Shown here one piece after another: positions 10,372 to 22,500 of a DNA stretch of 64,000 nt. A program made the translations under genes and the position numbers. The first letter of the stretch is position 1. Each line of letters begins with the position of its first letter. This DNA is from a virus. The notes below the pieces were generated by a model, which saw nothing but the letters and a program-made list of their open reading frames with translations, did no database searches and was not told the DNA's origin. Where the stretch lies: the IMG/VR virus record IMGVR_UViG_3300045988_019421, positions 31,999 through 95,998 of that record. The stretch is one strand, 5' to 3'.

Positions 10372-11262
10372 ATGGAAAGACTGTTGTTTGCAGGTAATGT
10401 TGCATTAGCTACTACTCCCGCTACTCTAGCTGCTGTTAATGCAGCAGGTATTACAGAGGGTGCTGTTGCTCTTTACAACAATGAAGGTGCAATCATCTCG
10501 AAAGCTCTTACTAAGAACATTCCGATGTTTACCTTGTTTGTTGGTGGTGGAGCATTTGCTAATAAGAGCAAGTATACCAATATTGTATCTGATATTGATA
10601 CTAGACGTTTCTCTTATGTTAAGAGTGTCTATGCTGCCGGAACTAAATTTAGTGCGGAAATTACTGTTCCTACCCCCGTAGAAGGAAAGGATTATACGTT
10701 AACTATGGCTAAAGCTCATACTGTTCTTAATGAACGTTATAAGTGGTCAGCTAGTGAACGTGCTCGTGAAGGTGATACTGCTGCTATTATTGCTAAGAAG
10801 TTAAGTACTCAACTTAATTCTCTTGGTAAGAATGAAGGATTTACTGCTAGTGTTGCCGCTGCTAAAATTACCGTAACTGGTACTGATTATGAAGCATGGA
10901 ATCTGATTGCAGGAGATTCATTGTTTGGAGTAACTATTACTACTACAAAAGCTGTAAAACCAATTAATGATGATGCTGCTCTTAAAGAATTACAGATTCG
11001 CTGTATTGGTGCAGAAGGTATTAACTCTACTAGTAATGATGCTCGTAAGTTATATACTTTGCCGGAATTCTCTAATGCAGGTGGTTGGACAGTGTTTACA
11101 CTAACTTTCTATCCGCATCGTGACCTTCGTAGTGGTAGTACCGAAAATGTTAAAACTATTATTCATCTTGCTATTCCGACAGGAGCTGCTCAAATAGCTA
11201 CTCTTGAAACAATATTTGCATCTGTTAATACTCCGGCAGCAGCAGCAGCAGCAGGAGCTTAA
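10372..11262 (+). CDS. Hypothetical abundant structural protein (possibly capsid auxiliary/decoration), poly-Ala C-terminus
   Basis: 296-aa ORF, Ala/Thr/Gly-rich, with strongly biased codons. It ends in (GCA)6 at 11236-11253 and is followed by a strong stem-loop. Confidence 0.6.
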   Translation: MERLLFAGNVALATTPATLAAVNAAGITEGAVALYNNEGAIISKALTKNIPMFTLFVGGGAFANKSKYTNIVSDIDTRRFSYVKSVYAAGTKFSAEITVPTPVEGKDYTLTMAKAHTVLNERYKWSASERAREGDTAAIIAKKLSTQLNSLGKNEGFTASVAAAKITVTGTDYEAWNLIAGDSLFGVTITTTKAVKPINDDAALKELQIRCIGAEGINSTSNDARKLYTLPEFSNAGGWTVFTLTFYPHRDLRSGSTENVKTIIHLAIPTGAAQIATLETIFASVNTPAAAAAAGA

Positions 11263-11297
11263 AGAAGATATTGTAAATATAACTCGTAATAGTTTAA

Positions 11298-11341
11298 TAA
11301 AGGGGTTGCTATTAATGTTAAAATTAGTAGTAATCCCTTTA
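11298..11341 (+). other. 19-bp RNA stem-loop (3 G-U pairs, 6-nt loop) with no U-tract
   Basis: TAAAGGGGTTGCTATTAAT (11298-11316), loop GTTAAA, ATTAGTAGTAATCCCTTTA (11323-11341). Confidence 0.6.
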
Positions 11342-11354
11342 ATCATAAATAGGG

Positions 11355-11945
11355 ATGAAGGAAATTATCGAATTTGCTCTTAATCAAGGTTTGAGTTCCT
11401 TGATAACTATTTCTATTTTCCTACTACTATATAAGTGGTTGGACAATAAGAAAAAGACTGAAAGCGAAAAGTTTGTTAGTTCTATTAGCAATACTCTTGA
11501 TGAAGTATCTAAGTCATTACTACAAGTCTCAACGTTTATTACTGATATTACAAAGAATATCATAGATAAAGATAAGGACAAATGTAAGATTGCAATAGAA
11601 GATTCTATGCTCGCTTCGGCAATGAGATTGACAATGTTCGTTACTAATACTGTTATTAATAACCACATCCATACTAATAAAGATAATATACTTGCTAATA
11701 TCCATAATATAGTTAATGCAGAGTTTTACAGTGTATTCTCTAGCTTAGCTTTATATAAGATTAATGGAGTAAAAGCTAGCGATAATATGAAAAAAGATTG
11801 GATGCCGTCAGTGGAGAAGTCTATAATAGAGATAGTGTTTAATGACAATCTTAGTAAAGAAGATAAAATATCTAGTTTTAATAATAAAATAAACTTGAAG
11901 TTTCAGTCTTACATAACTTATATAACAAATAATACATTAAAGTAA
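11355..11945 (+). CDS. Hypothetical protein with an N-terminal TM helix
   Basis: 196-aa ORF with the hydrophobic stretch LSSLITISIFLLLYKWL near the N-terminus. Confidence 0.65.
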   Translation: MKEIIEFALNQGLSSLITISIFLLLYKWLDNKKKTESEKFVSSISNTLDEVSKSLLQVSTFITDITKNIIDKDKDKCKIAIEDSMLASAMRLTMFVTNTVINNHIHTNKDNILANIHNIVNAEFYSVFSSLALYKINGVKASDNMKKDWMPSVEKSIIEIVFNDNLSKEDKISSFNNKINLKFQSYITYITNNTLK

Positions 11946-12163
11946 TGGACATAAACTTCGATAATGTAAAAAGCAAATTGGTTGATAGAGGTGTACAAGT
12001 TGTACACCTCTCCAACATTGGATTCATTCTTACTAATGAAGCTATATGTAGATATAATGCTATGATTGTTCTTAGTAATATGTCTAATGTAGAATCTAAA
12101 CTTAGTGAAGAACAACAACAAAATCTAATTGCAATGTATAACGAATTAATAGTAATGCAATGA
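11945..12163 (+). CDS. Hypothetical small protein
   Basis: 72-aa ORF with a TAATG overlap upstream and an ATGA overlap downstream, suggesting translational coupling. Confidence 0.55.
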   Translation: MDINFDNVKSKLVDRGVQVVHLSNIGFILTNEAICRYNAMIVLSNMSNVESKLSEEQQQNLIAMYNELIVMQ

Positions 12164-13128
12164 GAAAGAACGAAGATGGAATGTATACTTATCTTGATGT
12201 TCCAAGTAAGTATAATTGTGTTTATAAAAAACTACTTATTAAGTTAAGTGATTTAGGAGTAGATATGATTAAAGATTGTACTTCTACTTGTAAAGGTATC
12301 AATCGTCAAGTAATTAACTGTTGGAATATGTTTCAATCTGCTTGTGCAGCTTATACTCTAGGGTATTGGAAGCAAGCAGATTTACTTATTAATTACATTA
12401 ATAGTTCTCTACAATTCGGTTGTGATGAATATACTACTGATGAGAAACCAGTATTTATGATATTTGAACTAAATATACCTATTACTATAACTGGTTCTCA
12501 AAAGATAAAATATAATGAAGCTAATTTTGTTATAGCTAATAGAGAATATGTAGTTGAAGATACTCTTACTATTTATCAAGTGATTAATGAAAGAGAAAAT
12601 ATAATAGCTTCGGGTTTATCTGTTAATAGTCCTGTTAAGTTCAATGAATTAGTCCTTAATGCAGAAGTAGGACAAGTTTATATATTTAGAGCTAGTGTAG
12701 AAGGACAAGACGGAGAGACTTATTATTCTAATGATTATATTGTAGAATGTGTTTCTGTTCCTGCTATGAACGTAATGTATTATGGACATACGGATATTGC
12801 TCCGCAAGTATTTGATAAAATGTCTATTAATGATATTATGGCTATTGAAGGTAACACTCCTAGAACTATTACGGGAAGTAATAATAATACTTTTATTATT
12901 AAACAGAAAAAGAAAATCCATTATTTATTGATACCTGATAAGTTAATGACTCTTGTTAAAGCTGAATATGGTACTATTCTTGTTACTACTCTTTGGGACG
13001 GAGAAGAAGGTGCTTATAAGACAAATAATCCAGGTGGAATTTATGATGGTATTTATTATAATGTATTCTTCTTATATTCTCCTTCTATATTCGATGATGA
13101 TATTCGTATAACTTGTAGAAATAAATAA
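12160..13128 (+). CDS. Hypothetical tail-associated protein
   Basis: 322-aa ORF directly upstream of the large tail genes. Confidence 0.65.
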   Translation: MRKNEDGMYTYLDVPSKYNCVYKKLLIKLSDLGVDMIKDCTSTCKGINRQVINCWNMFQSACAAYTLGYWKQADLLINYINSSLQFGCDEYTTDEKPVFMIFELNIPITITGSQKIKYNEANFVIANREYVVEDTLTIYQVINERENIIASGLSVNSPVKFNELVLNAEVGQVYIFRASVEGQDGETYYSNDYIVECVSVPAMNVMYYGHTDIAPQVFDKMSINDIMAIEGNTPRTITGSNNNTFIIKQKKKIHYLLIPDKLMTLVKAEYGTILVTTLWDGEEGAYKTNNPGGIYDGIYYNVFFLYSPSIFDDDIRITCRNK

Positions 13129-13129
13129 T

Positions 13130-16100
13130 ATGAGAAAAGGAATAAGTATAGGTCAGCCTCTTGTTAACAATAGTGTAGATGATAATTATAATCCTCTACC
13201 TGATGTTGATGCTAAGTATGGACCTTATAATAGTATTGCAGAAGCTCTGAAAGAATTGTCTCCTGAATTACGTTCGGTAGGTCTTACGGTAGGTATTAAA
13301 CAAAATAATATTATTAATGAGTATTGGTTTAATGGAGGTATTGAAAACAAGAATCTTGTAGTTAAGCAACAAGGTGGTGGAGATGAACCAGTTCAAACTG
13401 TTTATATACAAGACAATCCTCCTGCTAATACAAATTCTCTTTGGGTAGATACTTCTGGATTAGGGGCAGCTCTTGAAGAAGATGAAAAGCTAGCTCCTAT
13501 AATTCAATCTATTCAAGTGATACAAAAGTATCTTGATACTATTGTCCATCAAAGAGATTTAATTATAAATCCAGGTCATGTTAGTAATACTTTTACTAAG
13601 TCTGTATTAAAAGAATATACTCCTATTGACCCTAATACAGGACAATTAGCAATTAGAGTTGCTGCTGTTGGTGAAAGTCTTGAACCTGAAACAGAAGAAT
13701 ACGAACCTAATACTAAAGCGGTTCGTGGGCATTATGGTACTCTTAAAGAAATCCAAGATAACTTTAATAATTTTGTAGATTACGAACTTCTAATTGCTAC
13801 TGATGTAAAACGTTTATATACCAAGATTAATGGAGAACCTGTTAATCTTACTGGTACTAGTTCAGGCGGTGGCGGTAGTATTGATTATGAAGCATTGGAT
13901 AAATTAGATACTATTGGCTTCGTTGCTCCTAATGGACAAGTATATCGTGTTAAAGTTAATAACAACGGACAACTAGTAGTATATAAGAAAGAATTAGATA
14001 TACCACAAGCAGAACCTACTGGTGGACAAGAAGAACCTGGAACTGGTTGGGTATATGTAACTACTCTATATCTACAAAAGTTATATATTAACTCTTTGTA
14101 TTGTGGCGGTATTACTAGTGACGAATATAGTTATAATCCATGCTCTCATAACTTCGTTGAACTTAGTAATCTTACAGGTAAAGATGTATCTCTTAATGGA
14201 CTATCATTACAGTATGGTACAGAAGGTGGAAATTGGGAAGTACTCCCTTTATGGGGGAATATCAAAGCAGGTTCGACATTCTTAATTAGAGGTGCTCAAT
14301 GTTCAGTAATAAATACTAATACTACTCGTATTAAAGTTGAGACTTATGATATGGAATGGTATGCTAGTGATGGTAATCTTATTAAATTTGATAATAAGAA
14401 AGCTAAGTTTTTCTTGACTTGGGGAACGTCACCTAGTTCTGTTGCGAATCCTTATAATAACACGACTTCCCCTATAAAGGTATCTAAAGGTTATATTGAT
14501 TTAGTTGGACTTCAAATCTTAAATGCTGGTGATGCTGATAAAGTTGATGCTGCTGAAAATACTGCTTATGGTTATCTTACTAGTAAGTACTTATTTACTA
14601 AGTACTATACTATGGACAATGTTAAGCAAGCTACTAAAGCTCTTAGTGCTAGAAATAACGCTAATGATATGTACTTTGTTAATCTCGAAGCAAACATAAT
14701 ACCTAGAGTAGATTCTTATACTCCACGTGCTAGCTTTGAGAACAAGAATATATTCTTTAATAAGACTTTACTAGACCATACTAAACCTAATAAGGTTACT
14801 ATGACTTTAGGTAGAAAAGCTTGTTATACTCTTAATGAATCTAATGAACCTAATGATGATGCTAGTAGATGTTTCAATTGGGTGTCAGTAGGTTACTATG
14901 ATGAATATTTATGGTATCGTGCATATAGAAGTGACAATAGTTATACTAATTGGACTAAAGTAGAATCATTTAAAAATGAGACTGGTGTTCGTAAATATTA
15001 TAATCGTATTCGTGCAATAACTACTGATGGTACTCCTTTTACTACTCATAAAGTAATACTTACTCATTTAGGAGAACAATATGATACTCATACAAAGGAT
15101 AAGAATATTTATTATGAATATTATGTAGGTAGAGACGAAACTTATAAGAGCGATATTCGTAGATTTGTAGTTATGAGTGAAAATGCAGGGAGCGAAGTTC
15201 TTAACTTTGTTCAGACTTCCGACCAACAAGGCTTTAATTGGGATGAATATAATGTATGGAAAATAACTGCCGGTCAAATAAAGAAAGACTTTAATAGATA
15301 TGAAACCAGTAACATATCTGTGTGCTACTTTATGATTAATACTGGCGATATGACACAGAATGGTAATCGTATTAATGAATGGTTAGATTATGAAGCAGGA
15401 AGAGAACCACTATACGATATTGCTGAAATGGTAACTGTTGGTAACAATGACTTAACTCCGGCTAATGTATATGTTCTTGGTGATGGTGGTGATAACTCTA
15501 AGATTAATGCTACTAATATTAGATTCTTCTATTGTTACGAAATGGATGAAGATAATCCGCCAGTATTTACTGTTGAAGATAAAGAAATATTTGTCGAATC
15601 ATTATATTCTTTTGATGTTGGACATAATCATTTCTTATGTGTTAATAGTGAGATAAGTGCTAATACTGAAAGAGACGTTTACGGACTTACTACTACTGGT
15701 GTGATGTATGATTTGATAAGACAATGGTGTGAAAGAGATGATGCTAATGCAATTAATGCTAAAGCTAAGATAGCTTATTGCCATGAAATGCCTTTTACTA
15801 TTATTACTCAAAATCTTATTAATTCATTTTATTGGAATAATGAAGAAAACACTAGTGTTGAGAGAAGTGGTAGTAGATTGAATTTCAATACAACTAAAGC
15901 TAACGCTTATTGGTTCTCAAAATTCTTACAGACCCACAATTACCGTTTATGTCTTGGCGGACATAAACATACTTACAGTTGCAGTTATCCGATTTTAGAG
16001 AACGAAAACAGCTCTATGAAGCCTATCATACAGGTCACTGCGGACGTTTTAAAGAAGGATTTTAATTCTGATGAATTATATACGGAAACTGCCGAAGGTG

Positions 16101-16591
16101 CGTTAAAAGGGCAATCTTTCCCTAAATCTTGGGAAAATAATACTAACTTTGATATGTTGAAACACTTGTGTACATTTCAATTAGTAGAAGAAATAACTGC
16201 TCCTGTATATCTTATGTGTCAGGCTAGTGGATATAAACATACTAGTAATAAAGAACTTCCTAGTCCTAATATTCCGTGGTTAAGGTATTTCTTTCCTGCT
16301 AATATTACTATTAATAGTAGAGACGATGTTACGGCTAAAGTTAATGCAGGTCAACGTTATCCTTTCTATATTAAGTATTTCTTAAAGTCAGGTAAGGTAG
16401 ATGATTTACATTATTACCCTAATTTACAAGCTACTGTTAAAAAGCTATCTAATGTGTTTAATAATTCCGGTAACTATAATGTTAATCTTCAAGGATTAAA
16501 TCCAGCTTATGGAGTTATTGGTGGTAATGGAGAAACTAATAATGGTAATGATATAATTAACGTGAAATTTCCAACTTATAATATTAGTTGA
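13130..16591 (+). CDS. Tail protein with a lamin-tail-like (LTD) domain and a purple-acid-phosphatase-like metallophosphoesterase domain
   Basis: LTD-like pattern HNFVELSNLTGKDVSLNGLSLQYG...WEVLPLWGNIKAGSTFLIRG (about 14100-14290). Ordered metallophosphatase motifs: TSDQQG (15221), TGDMTQNG, VGNNDL, CHEMP, GGHKH (15956-15970). Confidence 0.65.
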   Translation: MRKGISIGQPLVNNSVDDNYNPLPDVDAKYGPYNSIAEALKELSPELRSVGLTVGIKQNNIINEYWFNGGIENKNLVVKQQGGGDEPVQTVYIQDNPPANTNSLWVDTSGLGAALEEDEKLAPIIQSIQVIQKYLDTIVHQRDLIINPGHVSNTFTKSVLKEYTPIDPNTGQLAIRVAAVGESLEPETEEYEPNTKAVRGHYGTLKEIQDNFNNFVDYELLIATDVKRLYTKINGEPVNLTGTSSGGGGSIDYEALDKLDTIGFVAPNGQVYRVKVNNNGQLVVYKKELDIPQAEPTGGQEEPGTGWVYVTTLYLQKLYINSLYCGGITSDEYSYNPCSHNFVELSNLTGKDVSLNGLSLQYGTEGGNWEVLPLWGNIKAGSTFLIRGAQCSVINTNTTRIKVETYDMEWYASDGNLIKFDNKKAKFFLTWGTSPSSVANPYNNTTSPIKVSKGYIDLVGLQILNAGDADKVDAAENTAYGYLTSKYLFTKYYTMDNVKQATKALSARNNANDMYFVNLEANIIPRVDSYTPRASFENKNIFFNKTLLDHTKPNKVTMTLGRKACYTLNESNEPNDDASRCFNWVSVGYYDEYLWYRAYRSDNSYTNWTKVESFKNETGVRKYYNRIRAITTDGTPFTTHKVILTHLGEQYDTHTKDKNIYYEYYVGRDETYKSDIRRFVVMSENAGSEVLNFVQTSDQQGFNWDEYNVWKITAGQIKKDFNRYETSNISVCYFMINTGDMTQNGNRINEWLDYEAGREPLYDIAEMVTVGNNDLTPANVYVLGDGGDNSKINATNIRFFYCYEMDEDNPPVFTVEDKEIFVESLYSFDVGHNHFLCVNSEISANTERDVYGLTTTGVMYDLIRQWCERDDANAINAKAKIAYCHEMPFTIITQNLINSFYWNNEENTSVERSGSRLNFNTTKANAYWFSKFLQTHNYRLCLGGHKHTYSCSYPILENENSSMKPIIQVTADVLKKDFNSDELYTETAEGALKGQSFPKSWENNTNFDMLKHLCTFQLVEEITAPVYLMCQASGYKHTSNKELPSPNIPWLRYFFPANITINSRDDVTAKVNAGQRYPFYIKYFLKSGKVDDLHYYPNLQATVKKLSNVFNNSGNYNVNLQGLNPAYGVIGGNGETNNGNDIINVKFPTYNIS

Positions 16592-16593
16592 TT

Positions 16594-19500
16594 ATGGCAG
16601 ATAATATTAAAAGGTATAATCCTAAAACTGGTAATTGGGATATAAGTTCTTCTGGAAAAGCTACTGGTATTGTTGTCGAAGACCCTCGTCTTATCGACCC
16701 TGAAGTAGCAGAAGAAGGTGTTACTGGTGAAAGTCTTAATGATGTTCTTGTTCGCCATGAAGAAGAATTAAAGAAGCATGGTGGATATATTGCTTGGCTT
16801 GCCGAACACGGTGGTGGCGGAAGTGGCGGCGGTGGCGGAGCTACTGGTGATAAGATTACTCTTACTAATGGTAATATAGTAAAAGAAGGTAATATTAATT
16901 ATCTTTATTCTACTGTAACTACTAATATTAAACTGGAATATCTTATTACTTCTTCTAAGAATAATAAGCGATATTTTATTACTGTTACTCTTGACGGTAA
17001 TAATATTATCGAAGGTAAAGAAGCATGGACTAATACTCCTGGAACTCTTAATATTCCACAACTAGATAAGTTCTCTGCTAATAGTAATCACTCTGTTGTA
17101 ATTACAGCTAGTGATACAGATGGATTCTCTGCTGAATCTTATCTACTTAATATAGTAGAAGCTAGTATTAAACTTACTAGTACTGTATCAGGTAATACTG
17201 CTACTGTTGGTCTCGACTACTTCTTTACTTATAGTATCATTAGTAAAATTATTGGTTCAGATGTTAACCTTGTTGTTACTAATGTAACTAATGGTGCTAC
17301 TAAAACTATTGAATTAGGTAAGACAACTTCTACTGCTCCTAAACAAGTTAATGTTAACTTGTGGGAACTAGGTAATATTATAGCAGGTAGTTCTTATACT
17401 ATACAAGCACAAGCATTTACTTCAATGAATGAAGCTACTGTTCAATCTGATAAAGTAACGAATCGTGTAGTTGTTGAAGATGGTATTAATCTTGTTGTTC
17501 TAGTAGAAGGTATTACTAGTAAAGCAGAAGTAGATGCCGGAGTTGAGAGAACTAAGTTCTCTCAAAGCAGTAATGTATCTTTTGCATTTACTCCATATCT
17601 TGCAGGAGTTAGTCTTATCTATTATGCAGTTAGAATCGAACATAATGGTATTACTAAAGATATAGGTTACTTCGATGAAGGAAACTATAACGATAATCAA
17701 TATGTTCAGCGTGGTAAACAACAGGTGTTTAGTTATGCTATTCCAACAGAAGGAGATGTTATTGGTAATTGGAATATTACACTTCGTTGTTGGTCTGAAA
17801 AAGGAAACCCTGTAACTGATACTGTTCTTGCTTGCGAAGTAGTATCTAGTTCACAAGCTCTTATTGCAGACCAAAATCCTAATAGCAGTAGATACGCTAG
17901 TTGGCACGTTCGTCAAGAAAGTTTTCCTCAAGTATCTACTACTAAAGTTTGGACTAGTAATGAACCAACATTTACTGCACCCGGTTCTATTACTCCTAGT
18001 GGTGCTATAACTAATCTTAATGTATATAATACAAACGGAGTACTATCAGGATTCTTAACAGAGAACGGACAATCTATGTTACGTATATCAGGAGAAGCCT
18101 ATGGTGTTATTGATGTACAGCCATTTAAAGATGATATAACAACTCTTAATAACTGGTCTAGACAAGGATTTGGATTATCATGTACGTTTAAATCAGATAT
18201 TCATCCGTTCTCAAAAAGAACAATATTCTTTATAGGGGATTACAATACTGACGAACAATTCTCTGAAGGTATTAAAGTAGGTCTTGAAGATATTATTTGG
18301 TCTTATACAGATGGTAATATTAAAGAAACTATTAGTTGTAAGATACAACAGAATGTTATTAATACTGTTGATTTTATAGTTAATAAGAATCAAGGAAAGA
18401 TGATTGTAGGTATCTTTATCAATGGTATACTTAATGCTGCTCGTGAAATAAAGACTGACTTTACTTGGAAGACTAATTCTAAGATATATCTTGGTTGCGA
18501 TATTAGTAATTCAGGACAGATTCAAAACTTTGCCGATGTTAATTTCTATGATATTAAATTGTTCCGTGTTCCTGCTAATGATAAAGAAATTGTTATTAAT
18601 GCAATGAACTCTAGAGCTAAAGCAACTCTTTTATCTGATGGTAGTGTAGACTTTACTGAATACAATAGAATGAAGTTAAAGAACTTCTTCTCTACTTCTG
18701 ATTCAGAACCCCATTCTATTCTATGGGACGATATTAACCAAACGTATGCTAGTGTCAATTTCAACAGTCTTATCTCTGATACTACTAGAGTATTACCAGT
18801 TGATATAATGTTGATTAATTGCGCTAATACTGGTTTTACTCGTGCTATATTTGAAGAAATTGGAGGTCAGAATAATAATTGGTATAGTGGTTGTACTATG
18901 AGTTACTTTAGTCCAACTTCGGGAAAGTCTAGCTCTGAATATACTACTGATGTTTCTGTTTCTAAGCAAGGTACTTCTACTTTGAACAATCTTATTAAGA
19001 ACTTAGAGATAAGATTCGATAAGATGCTTAAAGATGATGATGGTGGTAATCTTGATTACGAGTTATTCCAACCTAGAGAAACATGGTTTCCTGAAAGACA
19101 ATTTACGCTTAAAGCTGACGTTGTTGACAGTGCTCACGCTAATAATGCTTCTATTGGTAAATGGATTAATGATAACTCGGATTTCTTATTTGAGAAAACT
19201 CCGCCTATGGAGCAACTTGAATCTCATCGTCCAGTAGATACTCGCGATAGAACTGTAAAAGATAAAGTTACTATTAAACAAACTCTTGAAGGTTTTCCTA
19301 TAATACTTCTTATTCAGTTTGATGGAGAAGAAACTCAAACTATGCTTGGTATATACAGTTTTAACTTAGGTCGTGGAGCTTATTATAATATGGGATTCCG
19401 CTTCTTAAAAGATTTTACTACTAAGATAAAGAATACAGCAGGTGAGTATGTTGATAATAAACTTCCTGCTTTTGTTACTTCTTATCATACTTATGCTCAA

Positions 19501-22500
19501 GATGAACTATTTGGAAACATAGACCAAAGAAAAGTTCATTCTTATGAGTTTGGAGAAAATGCGAATGTTATCGTAGACGGAGAAAAGACATTACCATTAG
19601 CATTGTTTATGCAAGATGATTTATCTATTATTAAACATGTAGGTGAATTTAAGTATAACGGTGGTAATTGGTTAGAACCTAGTGCACCTGTTACTGACGA
19701 TAATGTTTGGAGAGCATTGCAAGAGCTATTCTCTATCTTTGCTCAAATGACTTCATCAACAGTTAAGAAATATATTTGGAATGAGGCTTCCGGTGGTTAT
19801 GAAGAAACTGCTGGTGAATATCCTGCACAATCTAGTTGGTCTACGCTTGCTGCTGAACTTGATACTAAGTTCTCAATTAAGAATGCTTACTCTTATTTAT
19901 TAGTCTGTGTAAAATATGGACTTGTCGATTCATTAGGTAAGAACTTAACTTTAGTTTGTTATGATGTTGGCGGAGTTAATAAGTGGTTTATCAGGTTCTA
20001 TGATATGGATACAGGTAATGGTCTTGATAACGTAGCTCTTGAATCTGTTGCTAAAACTGCTTGGTTAGATACATTTAGTAATAATGATAAGAATGATGTT
20101 AACTCATTAATTATTACTAAGAACGCTGCTGATGGTGGATATGATACTTATAGTTCTCGTATGTGGGACGTATTAAGAGATACTATCTTTGCTAATACTG
20201 GAATATTCGATAGTTCTCTTGAAACTCTTTGGGACTTATGGAGAAATAATGCTACTATCTGTAAAGATATTAATGATTATATAGATAATTATTTTGCAGC
20301 TCAAACTAAAGATTGTGGAGAGCTTCTATTTAATTATGACTATAATGTTAAGTATCTTACTGCTTATGTTGGTGAATCAGGTGGACAACCTTCTTATGCT
20401 AATATTGAGTTCCTACATGGTACTCGTGTTGAGTATGTTAGAGACTGGATGAAGAAGAGAGTTTGGTTCTTTGATGGAGTATTTAAATATAGTAATGCTG
20501 CTAATATTCAACCTTATAATAATAAGGGTACATTCTCCGCAGGTGGTGCAGAAGCTACTAATCCTAAACTTATTATTACATCTAATTGTCCTGCAATATT
20601 TGTGGTTAATATTGGTAATACTACTGATACTAGATATTTCTTAGAAGAAGGTAAACCTACTGAAATTAGATTATCTCCTATCAGTTCTTTCAATACACAA
20701 ATTACTATTAATAATACTCCTCAAATTAATGATATTGAAGGATTAGGCGGAATGAGATTCCAACGATTTATGTCTACTATGAAACTTCCTAGTTTCTCTA
20801 AGTTAGACTTGTCTTCTGTTGATACTCTTAGTGATTCTCCTATTCCATTTGAAACAGTATTCGTTAATGATGAAGGCTATTCTGACGTAAGACATATTGA
20901 TTTAAGTAATACTAAGTTTTGGAGCGGTAACATTGGACAAGGTACATTTACGGTTAATATAGAAAAGTATACCAAGTTGAAAGATTTGAATATATCTAGT
21001 TCTATTGTAACTTCTATATCTTTGCCTAATGCTTCTCTTGCATTACTGAATATTACTAATTCAGCTGTTGAAGGTATTAGTTTAGTTAATCAACCGTTCT
21101 TGGATAGATTAGATTTCTCTGGTTGTAAACGGTTAAAAACTGTTACTATCGATTCTTGTGATAAGATTACTGAATTAAACCTTAGTAATCTAAGAGACTT
21201 ACATACTATAAGAATTACTTCGTGTCCTAACTTAAAGTCTATAATTTGTACTAACAACATTAACTTAACTACATTTAATGTATCCAATTGTAATAATGTT
21301 GAAATCATTAATGTATCTCAATGTACTAATGAATCATTAACTGTTTATATAGTAGGTGTTCCTAATATTAAAGAATTAAATGTATCTAGTACTAATACAC
21401 CTAATGATATTCAAGTAGCTTCAAGTTTACCTAATCTTAGAACACTTAATATTTCTAATAGTCAGGTATCAGCAATCCAATATGGTAATGCTGCTATTCC
21501 TACTTATAAAGAAAATAAGATATTCGATATTAGTAAACTTAATCTTACTAGTCTATCAGTTCAAAATGCTAAAGGTGTACATTACTTTAAGTTTGATAAT
21601 AATAGAAATACTCCTTTCAATGTAGGTGGTAGTTTCTTTGTTGGTTGCTCTAATCTTAAAAGAGTATTTGGACATATTAAACTTAATGGTACTTCTATAT
21701 TTGCTCAATGTGGTAACTTCTATATTCACGAACCTAAAGAAAAAGTAAAAGGTATTACTCCTGATTATGGTGGAGAATGGTTTGGTTCAGATACTAGTAC
21801 AGAAGAAGGAAAGACTGCTTGGGATAATAATACTGATTTAGGAACTAATTTTACTATCGGTACTACTAATTGCACTAGTATGTTTAATGCTACTAATTGT
21901 AGTATATATGATGTTTATTATTTCTTATATAAATGTTATGATGTAACTACTCTTGATAGTTGTTTTGCTAGTGCTAAGAATATTAAGTGGGATTTGCTAG
22001 ATAGTCCTAGAAGAAATATGTTTAATCATTGTACTAAAGTAGTTACAATGAATTCATTATTTTGGGGATTACAAGAACAAGACTTTAAAATATTAACTAG
22101 TACTTATGATTTTGGTTCTACTGAACATAATGGATTATTTAGTCCTCTTGTTAGTTTACAAGCTATGGATTCTATATTTTATTTTAGTGGTACTAGATAT
22201 ACAAGCCCTGCTTTCTTAGCTAAATTTAAAGGAAATGTTCCTTCTAAACTTAAAAGATTAAGTATTTTTAGTACTGGAACTGTTAAGTTTGTAGATAATA
22301 TTAATAATTGTCCTAGTGATAGTACTATTGATGAGCATCTTGTTAATGCTGATTGTGGAACACTTCTTGCTAATCTTCCTGACTTAGAATATTTAAATAC
22401 TATGTTTAATGGTTCTAATATAGACTTTAATCAAATAACAGATGAAGATGTAGAAGATGAAGTAAAATATTGTCCTTTATTCTATAAGAATACTAAACTT

